Assembly (NCBI GenBank): GCA_900088475.1
Contig: FLMG01003897.1
Span: 1 to 33,367 of the forward strand
Origin: Hyphochytrium catenoides
Lineage: Eukaryota; Protista; Hyphochytriomycota
DNA: 33,367 nt
Direction of reading: 5' to 3'
Position numbers and translations under genes: made by a program. A model generated the notes under the pieces. It was given only the letters and a program-made list of their open reading frames with translations. It was not told where the DNA came from and searched no databases. This document shows, piece by piece, positions 9,918 to 22,700 of the stretch; position 1 is the stretch's first letter, and every line of letters starts with the position of its first letter.

Positions 9918-12900
9918 ATGGATCAGGATATTCTTTCCAAGCTGGTGAATCCCTTAGAAATCGCCCACCGGCTCGATGTTGACCCAGAAGACCCATCCCA
10001 GGCATATCTCATGGGCATCATCAATGCTGGCTGCTCGAGCTTGCCGCCCGGATGGGTAGTGGTAAAGTACAAAGACGGACAGCACAAGTTCAAGAACTTA
10101 GAGAGTCGGGAAGTCTCGGTAAGCAAGTCGGAACAGGAAGCTGGACCGCCCATGAGATAGCAAGGGCAGCAGGATAAGATGTAGATGAGTTGCAGTCCCT
10201 CTTCTCGAGATTTCTCTCTTTCCTTTTTCTCTTGCTTTTCCCTATACTATGTTTACGATGTTTGTTGCCGCTCCTTCGTGCGGGTCCATGTATTCTGATC
10301 CTTTGCCGCCTTTGATATCATAGGACGAGTTTCCCCTTATTCCAGAGATTGCATACAGCGTACAGGTCAACCGAAAGGCGAGGACCTTCTTCTTGGCCAA
10401 AGAGGAGCAGAGGCTCCTGCGAAAAACCTTCAACATATGGAATGTCTATACCGTCATCCAGGTCAGGACTAATAAGTTAGGCGCTCCAGACGTTTGTCTT
10501 GCCACCTGGCGTTCTCTTGACCTATCCTGGCCCTTCCTCAAGTATCGGCTCGTACAAGCATCCCCACTTGAGGAGTCGCTGTGGCATGTCACTGTTCTCA
10601 TAACCTTTTAGTAAGGCCTTAGGAGGAGATGATCCCTTCTTGTCTTTCAAGTTCGAGACAAGTCTTCTAGTCCTTGGTGGAGATGACAGGCGGCAAGCTA
10701 TGCATTTATTGTCTGACGTACGGTCGACCCTTTATCCTACTGCTTTATATTTCTATCGCGAACAGAACCTTGATGGCGAAAGAAACATCTTCCAGGCCAG
10801 GACAGAAGACTTGCGACTTATGCGTCAGACGTTTAGACGCTGGCTGCTGCACCTAAGCGCTAAGAGAGAGCAGGCCTTACGCGCCCAACTCAAGGAGGTT
10901 GAGGAGGCACTGTCTGCAGAGAGAAAGACAGGAGACGAAGAGAGAGAGAGCAGAAAAGAGAGCGAAGAGCAGGTGAAGAGTCTCACTGAAAAGGTAGGAA
11001 CACATTTCTTATTTCTCACTCTTTTTACTGCCACCACTTGGGAGTTCCTATTCTTTGGATTCCTCGCCCGGCTCATAAGAGCTTTGTGAAGTGGTGCTCA
11101 ACTCTCAAGTCCGAGACCTCGCTTCTTCTTGCTGGCTCTTTTGGCCCTGAAGATTCTTACTTTGCTCCCTTCTTACAGCTCAGGGGGTTGGAAGCGCAGT
11201 TGACGGCTTCCTCTTCAGCCTTAGACTCCATGAAACATCTTAATTTACACCCGGAGCTCCTTGAAAGCAGAGAAGAGGAGCTCACCTCCCTCAAGAAAGG
11301 AGCTGAAAGACTTCGAGAGGAGCTGCGCTCCCTAATGCAGAAAAGGTCGGAGGATGAGAAAGTCATGCAGGAACAAAGGGATAAAGAGCGAGAACTGGTC
11401 AAACAGCAAGAGGAGTGCAGACGAGAACTAGAGAAAAAAGCTGCGGAGTGCTTAGAGCTCAAGAGGGAGATTGCAGCCATCAATGACGGAGAGGGAGAGA
11501 TAGGAGGTGTCGAGCGAAAGCCTGCGAGAGTGCTGGAGAAGGAGCTAATCGACGTTCACAAGTCGCTCTTGGAGGAAAGGAAGATGAGAAGCGTCTTAGA
11601 GGCCAGAATCGACGAACTCCTGTCACAAATTGAGATTTACAAGTGCGCAGCTGTAAGAAGAATCACCGCAGTTTGCGACTTACTAGGACCTCACTATGTC
11701 ATCATTGTTCTTTAGCTGTTGGTTGCTAGCTCTCTTCCAGGCTCTTGCGTTACCGTTCTTGACCCTCTCTTAACCTCGTCAGTTGTTAACCTTCGCACAC
11801 CTCTTCTGGACTGTCTGCTACTGCTTATCACTGCAAACCTGCAGAGCGCGGAAGGAAAGGAAGTATCTCTTGGTGGAGAGAGAGTGCACAATGCTCCCAT
11901 CTCAGCCTGGGCGAGTTCTGAAGGGAAAGGAGAGAGTGACAGATCTCTTGGGACAGGAAAGACAAGCCGGTCACTCCGTCTCTCTTCCGTGGGTGGTACA
12001 CCCAAGGAAGGAGAGCCTCTTATTCTCCCCTCTGAAAGGTTTGCCAGGGTGATGGATCCCTTCATCTCGTCATTAAAGCTCTGCTTCGAAAGCTACGCGT
12101 CCCTTGGCAAGGTGAGTGAGCTGGGGCAAGAAAAACTCGAGGAGAGTGGGGAGGAAGCATAATAGTGGAAGATGGGAAGTTGAGGAAAAGCAGAGGAAAA
12201 GACCAAGCATTGGGAACTGACGCGGAGCTGCACTTGTAGAAAGGGGGATCTCAGTATGGGCAAGAAGGGGCCATGGAGAGACAGATGGCCGATGTCATTT
12301 GCGAGGTAGAGACCGGACAAGCAGTAGGTGAAAATGCGGGGAGGAGGCGGGAGCCAACTGAGTGAGAAAAGAGTTATTCAATTTCTAAATCTTCTCTCCT
12401 ATCCAGACCAAAACAGGCTTTAGAGAAGAGAACACCGGCAAGCTAGAGCGGGATGATTTTATACATTTCTGCACGGACTTTGGTCTCATCGGGTAAGGAG
12501 TTCAGCTTCCGCTTCTGCCACGCCACGCTTCTTGACTCACCCACGTTAGCCCTTCCTTGAGCTAGTTGTCCCGTCAAGTCGTTCCTTTGACTCCTTGCTC
12601 GTGACCCCGCGGATGAATGCTAACTTTTCTCCACGTCACCGCCATGGCTCTCGCTTCTGTCCAACCTTTATCTTTATCAACCTATAAGGCCCGTACTCAC
12701 AAAATCCAAAGCTGAGAAGATCTTCGCTGCTGGCAGTATTTTCACGTGAGTCGAGTCACTTCCATTGTCTCAAGGTCTTTCTTCATCATATTCATCTTGT
12801 CCTTCGATTGCCCTCTTGCGGCTCTTAGGTTATACATGCTTTGCTCCTTCTGCCATAGGTTTGCCCTTACCTCGCTCTCGTACGCTGTTTCTGTCTGGTC

Positions 12901-13503
12901 ATCTCCCTCTATGTCCGTGTATTACCCTAATTTCCTCTTCGAAGGCCTACTCACACTGCGCTGGAGTTCTCAAGTTTCTTGTGGAGCGTCATAGCCTGTT
13001 GCATCATCGTTCTGGACATGCCCACCTTCAAGACCGTCTTCTATAGCGCCAGTAAGGGCAAACCTTGGCGCTTCCAATAGCTGCACCAGCTGACAAATCA
13101 TCCGACTGCGCATCAATTTCATTTTTTCCCCTTCTTCTAATCGCCCACCTCTCTCTCACATGGCAGGTTTAAGAGCCGGAGAAGTTCTTAGAGTTGCAGG
13201 CTTCGGGGACAAGAAGCAGTAAGACCAAGTTACCGAGCTCTGCAACTCATTTTGAAGTCTGCTGACTCTCCATGCTGCACCGTTCTTTGTAGGATCCGAG
13301 AGCACCTAGCCCAGGCGATGGACAAGAGGCAACATCAACAGCTTCCATCTCCTTTGCGCCTCTCCTTTACGCTAGATGAACAGCTGCGCGGATTTACAGC
13401 GCCTTCAGATGCCACCACTGTGGCACATGACATCATAGCCTACCAGATGCCCACACTGGAACAAATCTCGGTTTGGACACAGGTGCTGGCCTCTCACTCA
13501 TAG
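9918..13503 (+). CDS. Multi-exon (~10-11) protein: CEP164-like N-terminal WW module, long coiled coil, C-terminal p25alpha/EF-hand-like domain; probable centriole/cilium protein
   Basis: Exons join in phase: LEIAHRLDVDPEDPSQAYLMGIINAGCSSLPPGWVVVKYKDGQHKFKNLESREVS|DEFP...LRKTFNIW...|...MRQTFRRW...; E/K/R heptads at ~10860-11650; then LKLCFESYASLGK|...LERDDFIHFCTDFGLIG|PVLTKSKAEKIF..|..LEFSSFLWSV. The start may be further upstream (acceptor at ~9890). The stop is either 13503 or, with one more intron, 13631. Confidence 0.7.
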
Positions 13504-13889
13504 CTTGTTCAGCTCCTTCGTGCTTCTAAGTACATCTAGCCGGGCTTTCCGATTTCCCTGCCTTCCGTTCCTTCTACTCCCAGGATTCTTCCTGTCTCTA
13601 TCGGGTCATCTGGGCTTGTAGTAAGCCATGAACAGACCTTTGCATTCTGCCTTTCCCGGCGCTGCTGCTCATAAATTGCACCCCACCTCTTCCTCTGGAA
13701 ATCCCATCTCTGACCAAATTCCTCATCTCTGACCAACTTCATATTAGGGAAGCTGATCCTTGAGTAGACCTCGGGATCTCCCCAGCTACTTTGACATCTC
13801 TGATTGCAAGAAGTATAAGACTAGAAAGAGGATTGTGCTAGGTCAATAAGGGCAGCCAAAGATCACAGAAAGTGTATAGAATCGCTAGA

Positions 13890-16800
13890 TTAGTCTTCTC
13901 GCTTGTATAGGTAGACATAACCTAGAGCCTTGGGTGGGTCCTCCGAGAGTGCGACCTTCTCATCGTTGAAGATAACCCAGCGCTTCTCTCTAGTTCCGTC
14001 TCCCTTCACTATGTCCTTCAAAATGTGGGCGACATAATGGCCAGAGGCAGTACTCGATCCCATGTGGCTGATGAAGCCGAGAAGAGAGTAGGTTCCCTTT
14101 GAGGAGTCCATGATGTCATCTGTATCACAGGAAGCCAAATGAGCTTCCATGTCGGTCTCAACATTGTAGATAGGGGTCTTGAAGGAGAGAAACATCGCTA
14201 ATAGTGTAGTATGAGACAAGGAAGAACGAGGTAAAGATAAAAGAGAAGGGACTTGAGAAATTGAGGGTATTCGACCTGCTGCTGATAGCGAAACATTGGA
14301 GGTAGACTTGGCATTGCTGGTCGCTTCCTGGGCCGATACCGCGCTCTCCAAGTCATCCGAATGGCTGAACAGCCACTCAACCGCCATTTCAGGATTATTG
14401 TTTGAGGCGCTCAAGGCGGCAGAGGCCTTCGAAGTAAACACAAACAAAGCAGAGATGAGCATTCAGGGGAAGATCAAGAGCATTCTCAGCGAAGATCAAG
14501 AGTATTCTCAATTTGAGAGAAAGTAGAGCACTCCCCTTAACAAATATTGACTTATTTTCACATCGCGTTTTGGGTCTTACCTGCCTCTCGGTAAAACCCA
14601 TGGCCGATACTGCTGCTACCAAATCAGCACTGGGACCAGTTGATGATGACGAGGCTTCTGGACCAATAACGTAAAAGAGAGGTGATAAGGAAGCATAAGC
14701 TTACTTTACTAAGAATGTCAGAAATGGAATCCTGAGACTTGCGTCAAGGACCGAATGAACAAGCGCTTAAGAGAAGGGTGAGCACGTACGCAAAGAACAC
14801 TTAGCTAAAGGCTTGCTAAGAGCTAAAAGGTAAGCCAATGCACCCAAACACAGGACACGAGGGAGTAAATGCACCATCTAAGGCCTACCATCTGCAACCT
14901 CTGGCAGCGGATCATTAAGGTCTGCGTCGTCCATGTGCTGAAAGACCCACTCAATGCTCCTTTCTGCGCTTTCGTTGTTCACTGCCAGAGCAGCTCTCTT
15001 GCATGCATTTTCGGTAAAACCCATAGCCATTAGCTGCTCCACAATGGACTCGTCTGGAATGATACGGGCCTTGCAGGAAGGTAAGAGCAAAGTCGAAGCC
15101 CGCCAACATTTAGAGCCAATCGCAAACAATCAACCCAAAATTTATGGACGACAGCACAAAGTGCGGTTTATGGAGGTTTCAGAGATCAAAAATGAGCACG
15201 AGTTGAACGGCTCCCTTTTTAGGAGAGAAAGAGGTTGTCTCCCTACCGCGCTATTGGCCCCCCTATCGTCCTCACAATTGTCTGGCATCAGTTCCTCCCC
15301 ATTCTGTGGTCCCAGGGCACGAAGGTGTTCGAGGTCTAAGCGCTCTGGAGGCTCTACCAGTGCATCCAGTTTCCTGATGGTCCAGTCTGGAGCTACTTCA
15401 TACCTGGAGATTGTTGTTTTAAACTTAGCCTGTTAACAAACTAAACAGAGAGCGAAGATACACCATCGGGAAGATGAGCTTTGACCACCATTACACGGAT
15501 ACACCGCCAACACCCGGCAATTCCCGTCATTGAGCCAGCTAGCACAGATAGCTGAATTAACTTCCATGAGGATTAACTCCATGAGCAGAGGATTGTTTTC
15601 AGCGTGCGATAAGCTAATACTCAGCCAAAAGAGTCTGTCCCCTATTACCTCTTAGGCTTCACCGCCAGATACTTAGGAAACGACTTGAAACGAACTGTCT
15701 TTTCTGCCTCTGTTCTCCTGGATTAGGAGCAAAAGCATGCAGAGTTAACCGGAAGACCACGGCGACTACCGCGGGGGCCAAAACGTACTTCTTAATTGCC
15801 GCAGAATAGTAGTCAGAGACTTTTTCCACCGCTGCAAAGTCCTCTAAGCAGGCGCCAAAGGGAATCTTTGGCTTCACAGGCTCTTCCTTATTCTCGGTCT
15901 TGCTCTCTGCATCTTCCTGCGATACCTTTTGTCTCTTCTTCTCGCGTTCTTTGTACGCCTCTAGTTCTTCTGCATTTGTAAGCCTGTCCAGCGGAATATG
16001 CAGTTCGAGCATATTGTGGAGTTCCTTAAGATACTTGACCTGGGGAATCGCACGATTGTGAAGATAGAGAGTCACGTTCAGCGAGAGGACAAGCTTTTGC
16101 AACTACCCCGAACCAGGCGTCTCAGGAGTAAGATGCATCCAACACTACTAGACTGTTCACTAACTGTTTTTTAAGTAAAGCATAAGGTCGACGCATTAGG
16201 ACTTGAATAGATGAAGGGAATTAACGCTGGTTTACCTTGTTAGACTCTAAGCAATGTATTCGAGACTCCAAATGAAATTGGAAGAGCGACGATGTGTCCC
16301 ACGCTTGCCCTAGAGAAGAGGAAAGACAAGAGAGAAAGGCATGGGTTTACTCTATGGTTCAGTCGTCCATCAGCCGTGAAGCCAGTCGTAACTCTAAAAG
16401 ATGGGATTGCTCCTCCCATTCACTTCAATGTTGATTCTGTAGGAAGAAGGCTACCACATAAGATTGCCAGTTGATCGGCTACTAAAAGCAAGCCTGCCCA
16501 GAACCAAAGCCACCCAGCCCTTATACACTCGCATGACCTTTGGTGAAGTGGGACGCCAAAGGCAGCCAAAAACTGCTCTCAAAGTTACCTTGCAGTCTTC
16601 CCGAGAGTGCTGGCTCTGCCTGTTCTAGTTTTTCTAGAAGATACTGGAAATACTCCGCCGTATCCTGCTGCCGTCCAGAGGAAAACTCTGGATGTCCTCT
16701 GCCCACAAGACTCTTGAACATCTGAGGTCGCAGCTGGATGGCTGGGGACAACAGAAGGACGGTAAGAATGGTGGATGTGGAGAATTTCAGATGATGAGCG

Positions 16801-19565
16801 CCCAGTCAAACCCAAGATGGACATTCACAATTAGAGGCTGAGCGGGCGACCCTTACAAACAGAGAACTTTCCATATGCTTCCAGCGCGCTGCTTTTGTGT
16901 TAACTCCTATCCTCACCATTGGGATCCGGCTTCATTGGGTCCTTACTCGCATAACGATCGGAAAGGAGACCTACTGCGAGCTTGGCCATTTGCACCAGAA
17001 GATCCGCAGAGGGATCTGACACAGAGGTGTTGAAGATCGCATTTGCTTGGTCGTAGTAGCTAAGTCACAGGACAAGGAAAGAGTTCTATAAGGCAGATGG
17101 ATGAAAGACAACGTAACTGAGACACAAGTGCGGGGGGTTTTGCCACATTTAGATGGTGGAAAGCAAGAGAATGCTCTTGCCTACCGCTCCTTCATTTCAG
17201 GAATCGAGAACAGCACTTGAAGTAGAGAGTTCATGTAACAGCTGTTCCCCAAGTTCTGGAGACCTATCAAGCCGGGCCCTGGGGATGCGAGAGGAGAAGA
17301 CGAAAAATCCACCACACAAGGGTTCTGTAAGATTAGTTAGCGAGGTACTTCAATCAGTTGCAAAGCGCCACCTGTCACAGGGACGAGCTTCTTTCCGGAC
17401 TCGGAAATCTTCTCAAACTCATAGGACAAGTTTAGGTTAATCTGTTCGTCCAAGTCCAAAAAAAGGGTTAGTGAGGACGCTGTCCGACTTAATAGCGAAT
17501 AGAAGATCCAACTCTCACCTGAAGCTCTGCCATGGTTAGCTCTGTCTTCCTCATGTTATCCATCATTATGCCCCAGTGTGCCAAGTGTTCCTTCAGGTAG
17601 GGATCCTGCGATGTAGTACGTTAGTTTACAGTATAGACTGCCTCAGAACGTTGATCACTGAGGTTAAGAGAAAGCCCCCTTCCAGAACGAGAGCACCAAG
17701 CATCTTTTACCTTGACCATCTCGTCTTCAGCATAGCTGTACACATCAGCACCTTCAGGGGTTATGGTGCCGAGTTTGACCGCCAAGGGATACTTCTTCCC
17801 AGTATCATGGTAGTGCTTCTCTGCTGCCCCCGTACCCCCTGAACCGTCCCAGTTCCGTCGCCCCGAGCCGATATAGCCTACAACGCCAGGATCAGAGTAA
17901 GTGTTGATGCCAAAAGCCAGATCGAAAGGGAAGACGAGATGACAGTGCTAGAAGCTGAGGACCCAGGGGATGGAATGGGTGATAGTGGTAGTAGGAGGGA
18001 AGCCCTTAGGGGACTGGGATGTCATCCATCTGAGGCAGGTGAGCTATCCACATCTAATCGAAGGACACGACAATAGAGAGAACAAAAAGACACCTCAGGG
18101 GTATACACGGTCCCATTATGCCGATCGCCAGTGAGGACCAACGCGCAACACAAAGGATAGCTGTCGCAAAGGAATTCAACGGGATACGCTTGAAGAAACA
18201 CGGCAGAGGTCACACCAGTAGAGAGATTAAGCCATAGGTTTTCTCTCATGCCCGAATCCTCGCACTGCCAAGTTGAGGGATCGGGGGAAATTCTTTTTCC
18301 TTTCGGATCCAGTTGTGGCAGATTTTCGGCATGCTTCGTCACAGGGTACTCCTCTTTCCAAGCGAGTACCTGACAGTACGAGGCATAAAGGAAGAGGGTA
18401 AGGTCAAGAGTGAGAGAGGCTTCGACAATGGAGAACCCCGATCAGGGATTGCTGACACGTGCATGAGCGGACCCGAATATAAAGAAGAAGTTGACGGATG
18501 CTGCTGGCACACGTAAGACCAATATGAAATGTCCAGGTAGCAGAGAAAGGAAGAAGGGCGAAATGGAATAGGCAGACATCATCGTCGGATAGGGGATGCT
18601 GACAAAAGAGAGTAGAGCTACATTAAACTTCTTTTTCCAAATCGCACCTCCTGCTGCATGAATGCGGACTGATGATCCTGGACCGCCTTGATGACCATAG
18701 AGATGAACTCAGGCAGGTCCGGATTAGGTAGAGCAAGGCGCAACTTCTCTGGCATGATGACCAAGTGGTACTGGTGGATGAGGAAGAAGACGCGTGAACA
18801 ATTATCCTAGTGGGTCAGCGGTAAGGACGCGACTGGACAGCAAGACCTTTTCCAGCACTGCCTAGCGCAGAAGAGCACAAATTCTTTCACCCTAGTAAGT
18901 CATAGATAACCATAGTCTCATTACCTCTGTCTCGGTATCATATTTATCTTCGTCCACATTAAAGCCACCAGGTACGCCGATAGCAAGCACTTTTGGGGTC
19001 TCCTCCTTTTCCTCCACCGTCTTCTCCTGCAGTTAGAGTAGTATAAAGGACGGCTGTGCTGTCAGATGCTGTCTATAATCTATCCAATGTATCGCTCCCC
19101 TCTCTGTTCTCAGTTCTTCCTTCGGTTGCCGGCTTGAGGTGGCTTACCTTTGGAACTTTTACTGACTTAATCCACAGGTAAAGGGTATTCTTGGACTTCT
19201 GATGGTCTCGCATCACAAAGTCCTCACCAAAGCCTTGAAAGGTCTTCAGATTCAGGTACAGCCCTGGCGTACAATAAGCAAGATAAACCTCAACTCCTGC
19301 CCTCATTTTGTGTCCGGTCATTCTGTCATATCTCTGTCGGTAGGATTCCCTCCCATTTTGCCTTAGACCTATTGGCTCCTCTAGCACGCCATCTCTCTCT
19401 GACTTTCCCCGGCCAATCCAAAGAGAGGTACTTACCAGTGGGAGAGAAGGGGTTGTCAAAGCTGAACATGCACTCATCCTTGTACACTTTAGTGCTTCCC
19501 TCCGGCATTCGCAGACCACTCATCCCGCTCCTGACCCTTGCGAGTAGCTGTGGTTCTAACACCAT
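13890..19565 (-). CDS. USP5: Ubiquitin carboxyl-terminal hydrolase USP5/USP13/UBP14 (isopeptidase T), ~19 exons
   Basis: N-terminal cryptic ZnF-UBP ([22 protein letters not shown]); ZnF-UBP ([40 protein letters not shown]); Cys box [18 protein letters not shown] (~17230-17278); [14 protein letters not shown]; two UBA domains (LMAMGF, VSAMGF); His box [19 protein letters not shown]...WVIFNDEKV. Confidence 0.97.
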
Positions 19566-19788
19566 TTTGAAAGAACTGTTCGGAGAAGGCCAATGTGCCT
19601 AGGAGGTTGATGTCTGTCGATAAACTCTATATGGAAGCCTCCTTAGGTCGTAAGTGGCCCTATTAGGTATCTCTTCCCCCTCCTAAGAACACTATCCAGA
19701 TTCTTCTGTTTAGCCAAAAGATCAATCGTCTCAGCCTTGACCTTTGAGAGCCGCGAAGCGATGGAGCCTTACCAAGCTTTCAGGAACT
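19566..19788. promoter_or_regulatory. Probable bidirectional promoter between head-to-head USP5 and PPP phosphatase genes
   Basis: Only 223 nt separate the divergent predicted ATGs (19565 on - and 19789 on +). Inferred from geometry; no specific motif is assigned. Confidence 0.45.
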
Positions 19789-22700
19789 ATGGACCCTTAC
19801 CTCGAGGCCGCGAGACAGCTTGACCACAAAGCTCTAAGGAAGATTAGAGTTAGTGTGACGTGTAACCTCAACTTGCGGCTTCCCTTCAACAGATCTTTGG
19901 TAGAGCGGCTAACGCCTATTATCTGTTGTTCCCCAGTCTCTCTCTCCTCTCTCTCTCGGTAGCTCGCTCGCTCTCTCCCCTCGCCTCTCAACTGATCACT
20001 ATCGCCTCTCTGCTTACTGCTTCGTCCACTTCCGCCACCACCTTCCAACTTGGTTTCCGGCTCTATGGGAGTCTGGCAGGTGACAGAAGAGCTGATAAGA
20101 GACCCATCAGAGTCTGCTTTAGACTGTCTCTCCAAGTTCTTACCTATTGTTGCCTCAGTCTGATTCCCTCGTGTCGCAAGGCTATGGTTCTATCCGTCTG
20201 CTCGTTAGCTGCGGCACCTCGGCCCATCAGTATGTAGATGGTCTGAGCGTCAATGGTACTGCGCTCCGGTGCGATGTGGTCTCTGGCAGAGATCAGTGTA
20301 GATAGCACTCCTGACATTCTCTACACCGCCAACATTACTGAAGAGAAGCAGCAGTTGCTAGGACAACTTTTCGACGTTCTCACCTCCGGGTCATCTTTAC
20401 CCGAGCCACAAGATGGCCATGACGCCGCTGAGGCATCCAGTGGCCCGCTTCTCTCGTTCGAGCCCTTCGATTCTTTCCTGCTGACATTGGGCATTGAAAG
20501 TCAGACCTATCGAAAAGCTTGCTATCGGGCCCTTGACCGGCACCAGCGCGGCCAGCTGGATGCCACAGACTTCGTCCTAGGTACATAATGGGCTCTGGAT
20601 TCCACCTATAGCCAAACTCCTTACGTCTAGACTCGCTTCCGCCCTCTCTTTCGTCTCTTTATTAAAGCTGTTGGCTTCATTACCCTTGCCCTTACTCTTA
20701 GGGCTGTTACTGCCCTATAACCTAGAGCTATGATGCCATTCTTAGGACTCTTCTTCTTTCCCCTCCCTATTTCTCTTCCGCGCGTTCTTATACTTGTCGT
20801 TCTCTTAATGCCTTTCGTCCATCGACGCAAACCTGCGCATGAAGAGAAACAGGAAGCGTCCTTTGCTATTAGGTAGATCTCTCTAACCTTGATCCTATAT
20901 GCACTCTCCTCTCCACCTGCAGGCGTTGGTATGATGGACCCCGAAGCTTCTCACCAACTCGGTTCTGACCTCCTTTCCCGTTATTCCGGGGATGTCCGTT
21001 GTCGGTATATTTTCTCTCTGTATGATACTAATCAGGACGGCAAAATTGACTTCGGAGAGTTCCTGCACATGCTGAAGCATATACGTAGTCGCAGAGGGCA
21101 ATCTACGGAAACCCAGGACCTCGTGGTAGCAGCCGGGAACGAAGCGAAGAACTTCATAGAGAGAGAAGGGGAAAGACTCTCTCTCTCTAACTTTGTTAGA
21201 AGTGTACAAGCGGCAGTGAAAGGAAACTCGGGTTTTAGAGGGACTTCCTTGCTGTTTCGCTTGCCCCACCCTCTTCCTTGGAGCGAGCTTACTTCAGCCT
21301 TTAGGGCAGGGGCCACCCAGCCCGACTTGAAGGAGCTCTTAAACCTTCTGAGCACCAGCTATAGCCGAACTGCTCAGCTTCGAACAACCCCTCAGCGAGA
21401 GGGAACCGCAGGAAGGCTAGGAGTAGGAACGGAGTCAGCAAGGAAGAGGGCAACGATTAGGGTCCGAGCTTGCTTTATAGACGCAGATAGCAAGCAGGCT
21501 GTCAGTGCTCCTTGGCGTGTGGAGGCCGCCAAGCGTGTTCCAGTCCCTTCCTCATCCGTCGTCCTCCTCATTGATCAGTCTGCTTCTCAGGATCCAATGC
21601 TTGAGCTGGCAGACAGGTGTCAAAAACGGTTGTTAACAGAGTTCTCGGAAACAGTAGGGGGTCGCTCCTTTGACCTATTCTCTCTTTCGGAGTGGGAGCC
21701 TTTCTGTGAAGCCGTCTCTCGCTGTCTGCTGAAGGATGAGAGTTTGACGAGGATTGACGCACCTGTTAAGGTGTTTGGCGACATCCATGGGCAGCTGCCC
21801 AACCTGTTAGAGTACTTTCACTTTTATGGCTCTCCTAATCGTTGGAGTGGGGATATAGAGTACATGAAGTACGTATTTATTGGCGACTACGTGGATAGAG
21901 GGAACTACAGTCTAGAAGTAGTCGTTCTTCTCTTCTCTCTAAAGCTGCTGTACCCGACTCGGGTTCTTCTACTACGAGGGAACCATGAGGACCGCTCAGT
22001 CAACAGCCAGTATGGCTTTTTGCAGGAGTGTAAAGAGAGGCTGGGAGAGCAGGCGGGAGAGCGAGTCTGGGGACTTATCAACTCCGTTTTTGATGTCATG
22101 CCCCTGGGTGGGTTGATTAGTGGGAGGATCCTCTGTGTGCATGGTGGGATAGGGAGGACGGTGAACAGGTTACAGGATATCGAGGGCATTCAGAGACCCC
22201 TTCCGGACCCCAAGGCGCTAGAGGTGACCTAGTTTCCAATCTCTCTTACACTTCTCCCGTCCTATGTGACTGCATATTGCTGTGTGCCTGGCACAACTCG
22301 TCTTTTGGCCATTTTTCGTCATCACCGTCATCGTTCCCTACCGGTAGATCTATGCTAGCTGTTGGTGTGATGCCTTCGTGGACACTTAGTTATATTTTTG
22401 TCTCTCTGTTATTGCTTTCATCCGTCAGGTCACTCGTGATTTGCTATGGTCGGACCCTACAGAGAGCGACCTTGTGCATGGAATACACGCTAATGCAAGA
22501 GGGGCAGGTGACTTTTACTCTTTCTTACAGAGCTCAATGTGTGACCTGGCCTTAAATTTATTCAAAAACCGCCTCTAGCACGAGGCCCCTATTAACCACG
22601 CCTCCTCTTCCTTTACAGAGATAGTAAAGTTTGGGCCGGATAGAGTTCTTCAGTTTTGTGCTGCTAACGATTTGGACATGATCTTTCGTGCACATGAAGT

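Noticed and set aside
13536-13742. 68-aa minus-strand ORF between convergent genes
   Set aside because: No recognisable motif. It overlaps a likely plus-strand terminal intron/exon and the 3' UTRs.
13705-15585. Short direct repeats (catctctgaccaa x2 near 13705-13736; attaact(t)ccatgag x2 near 15556-15585)
   Set aside because: Two-copy local duplications in non-coding DNA. There is no array, spacer structure, terminal inverted repeat or transposase, so these are neither CRISPR nor a mobile element.
19936-19990. CT-rich microsatellite-like tract
   Set aside because: Imperfect and typical of the pyrimidine-rich introns of this genome.
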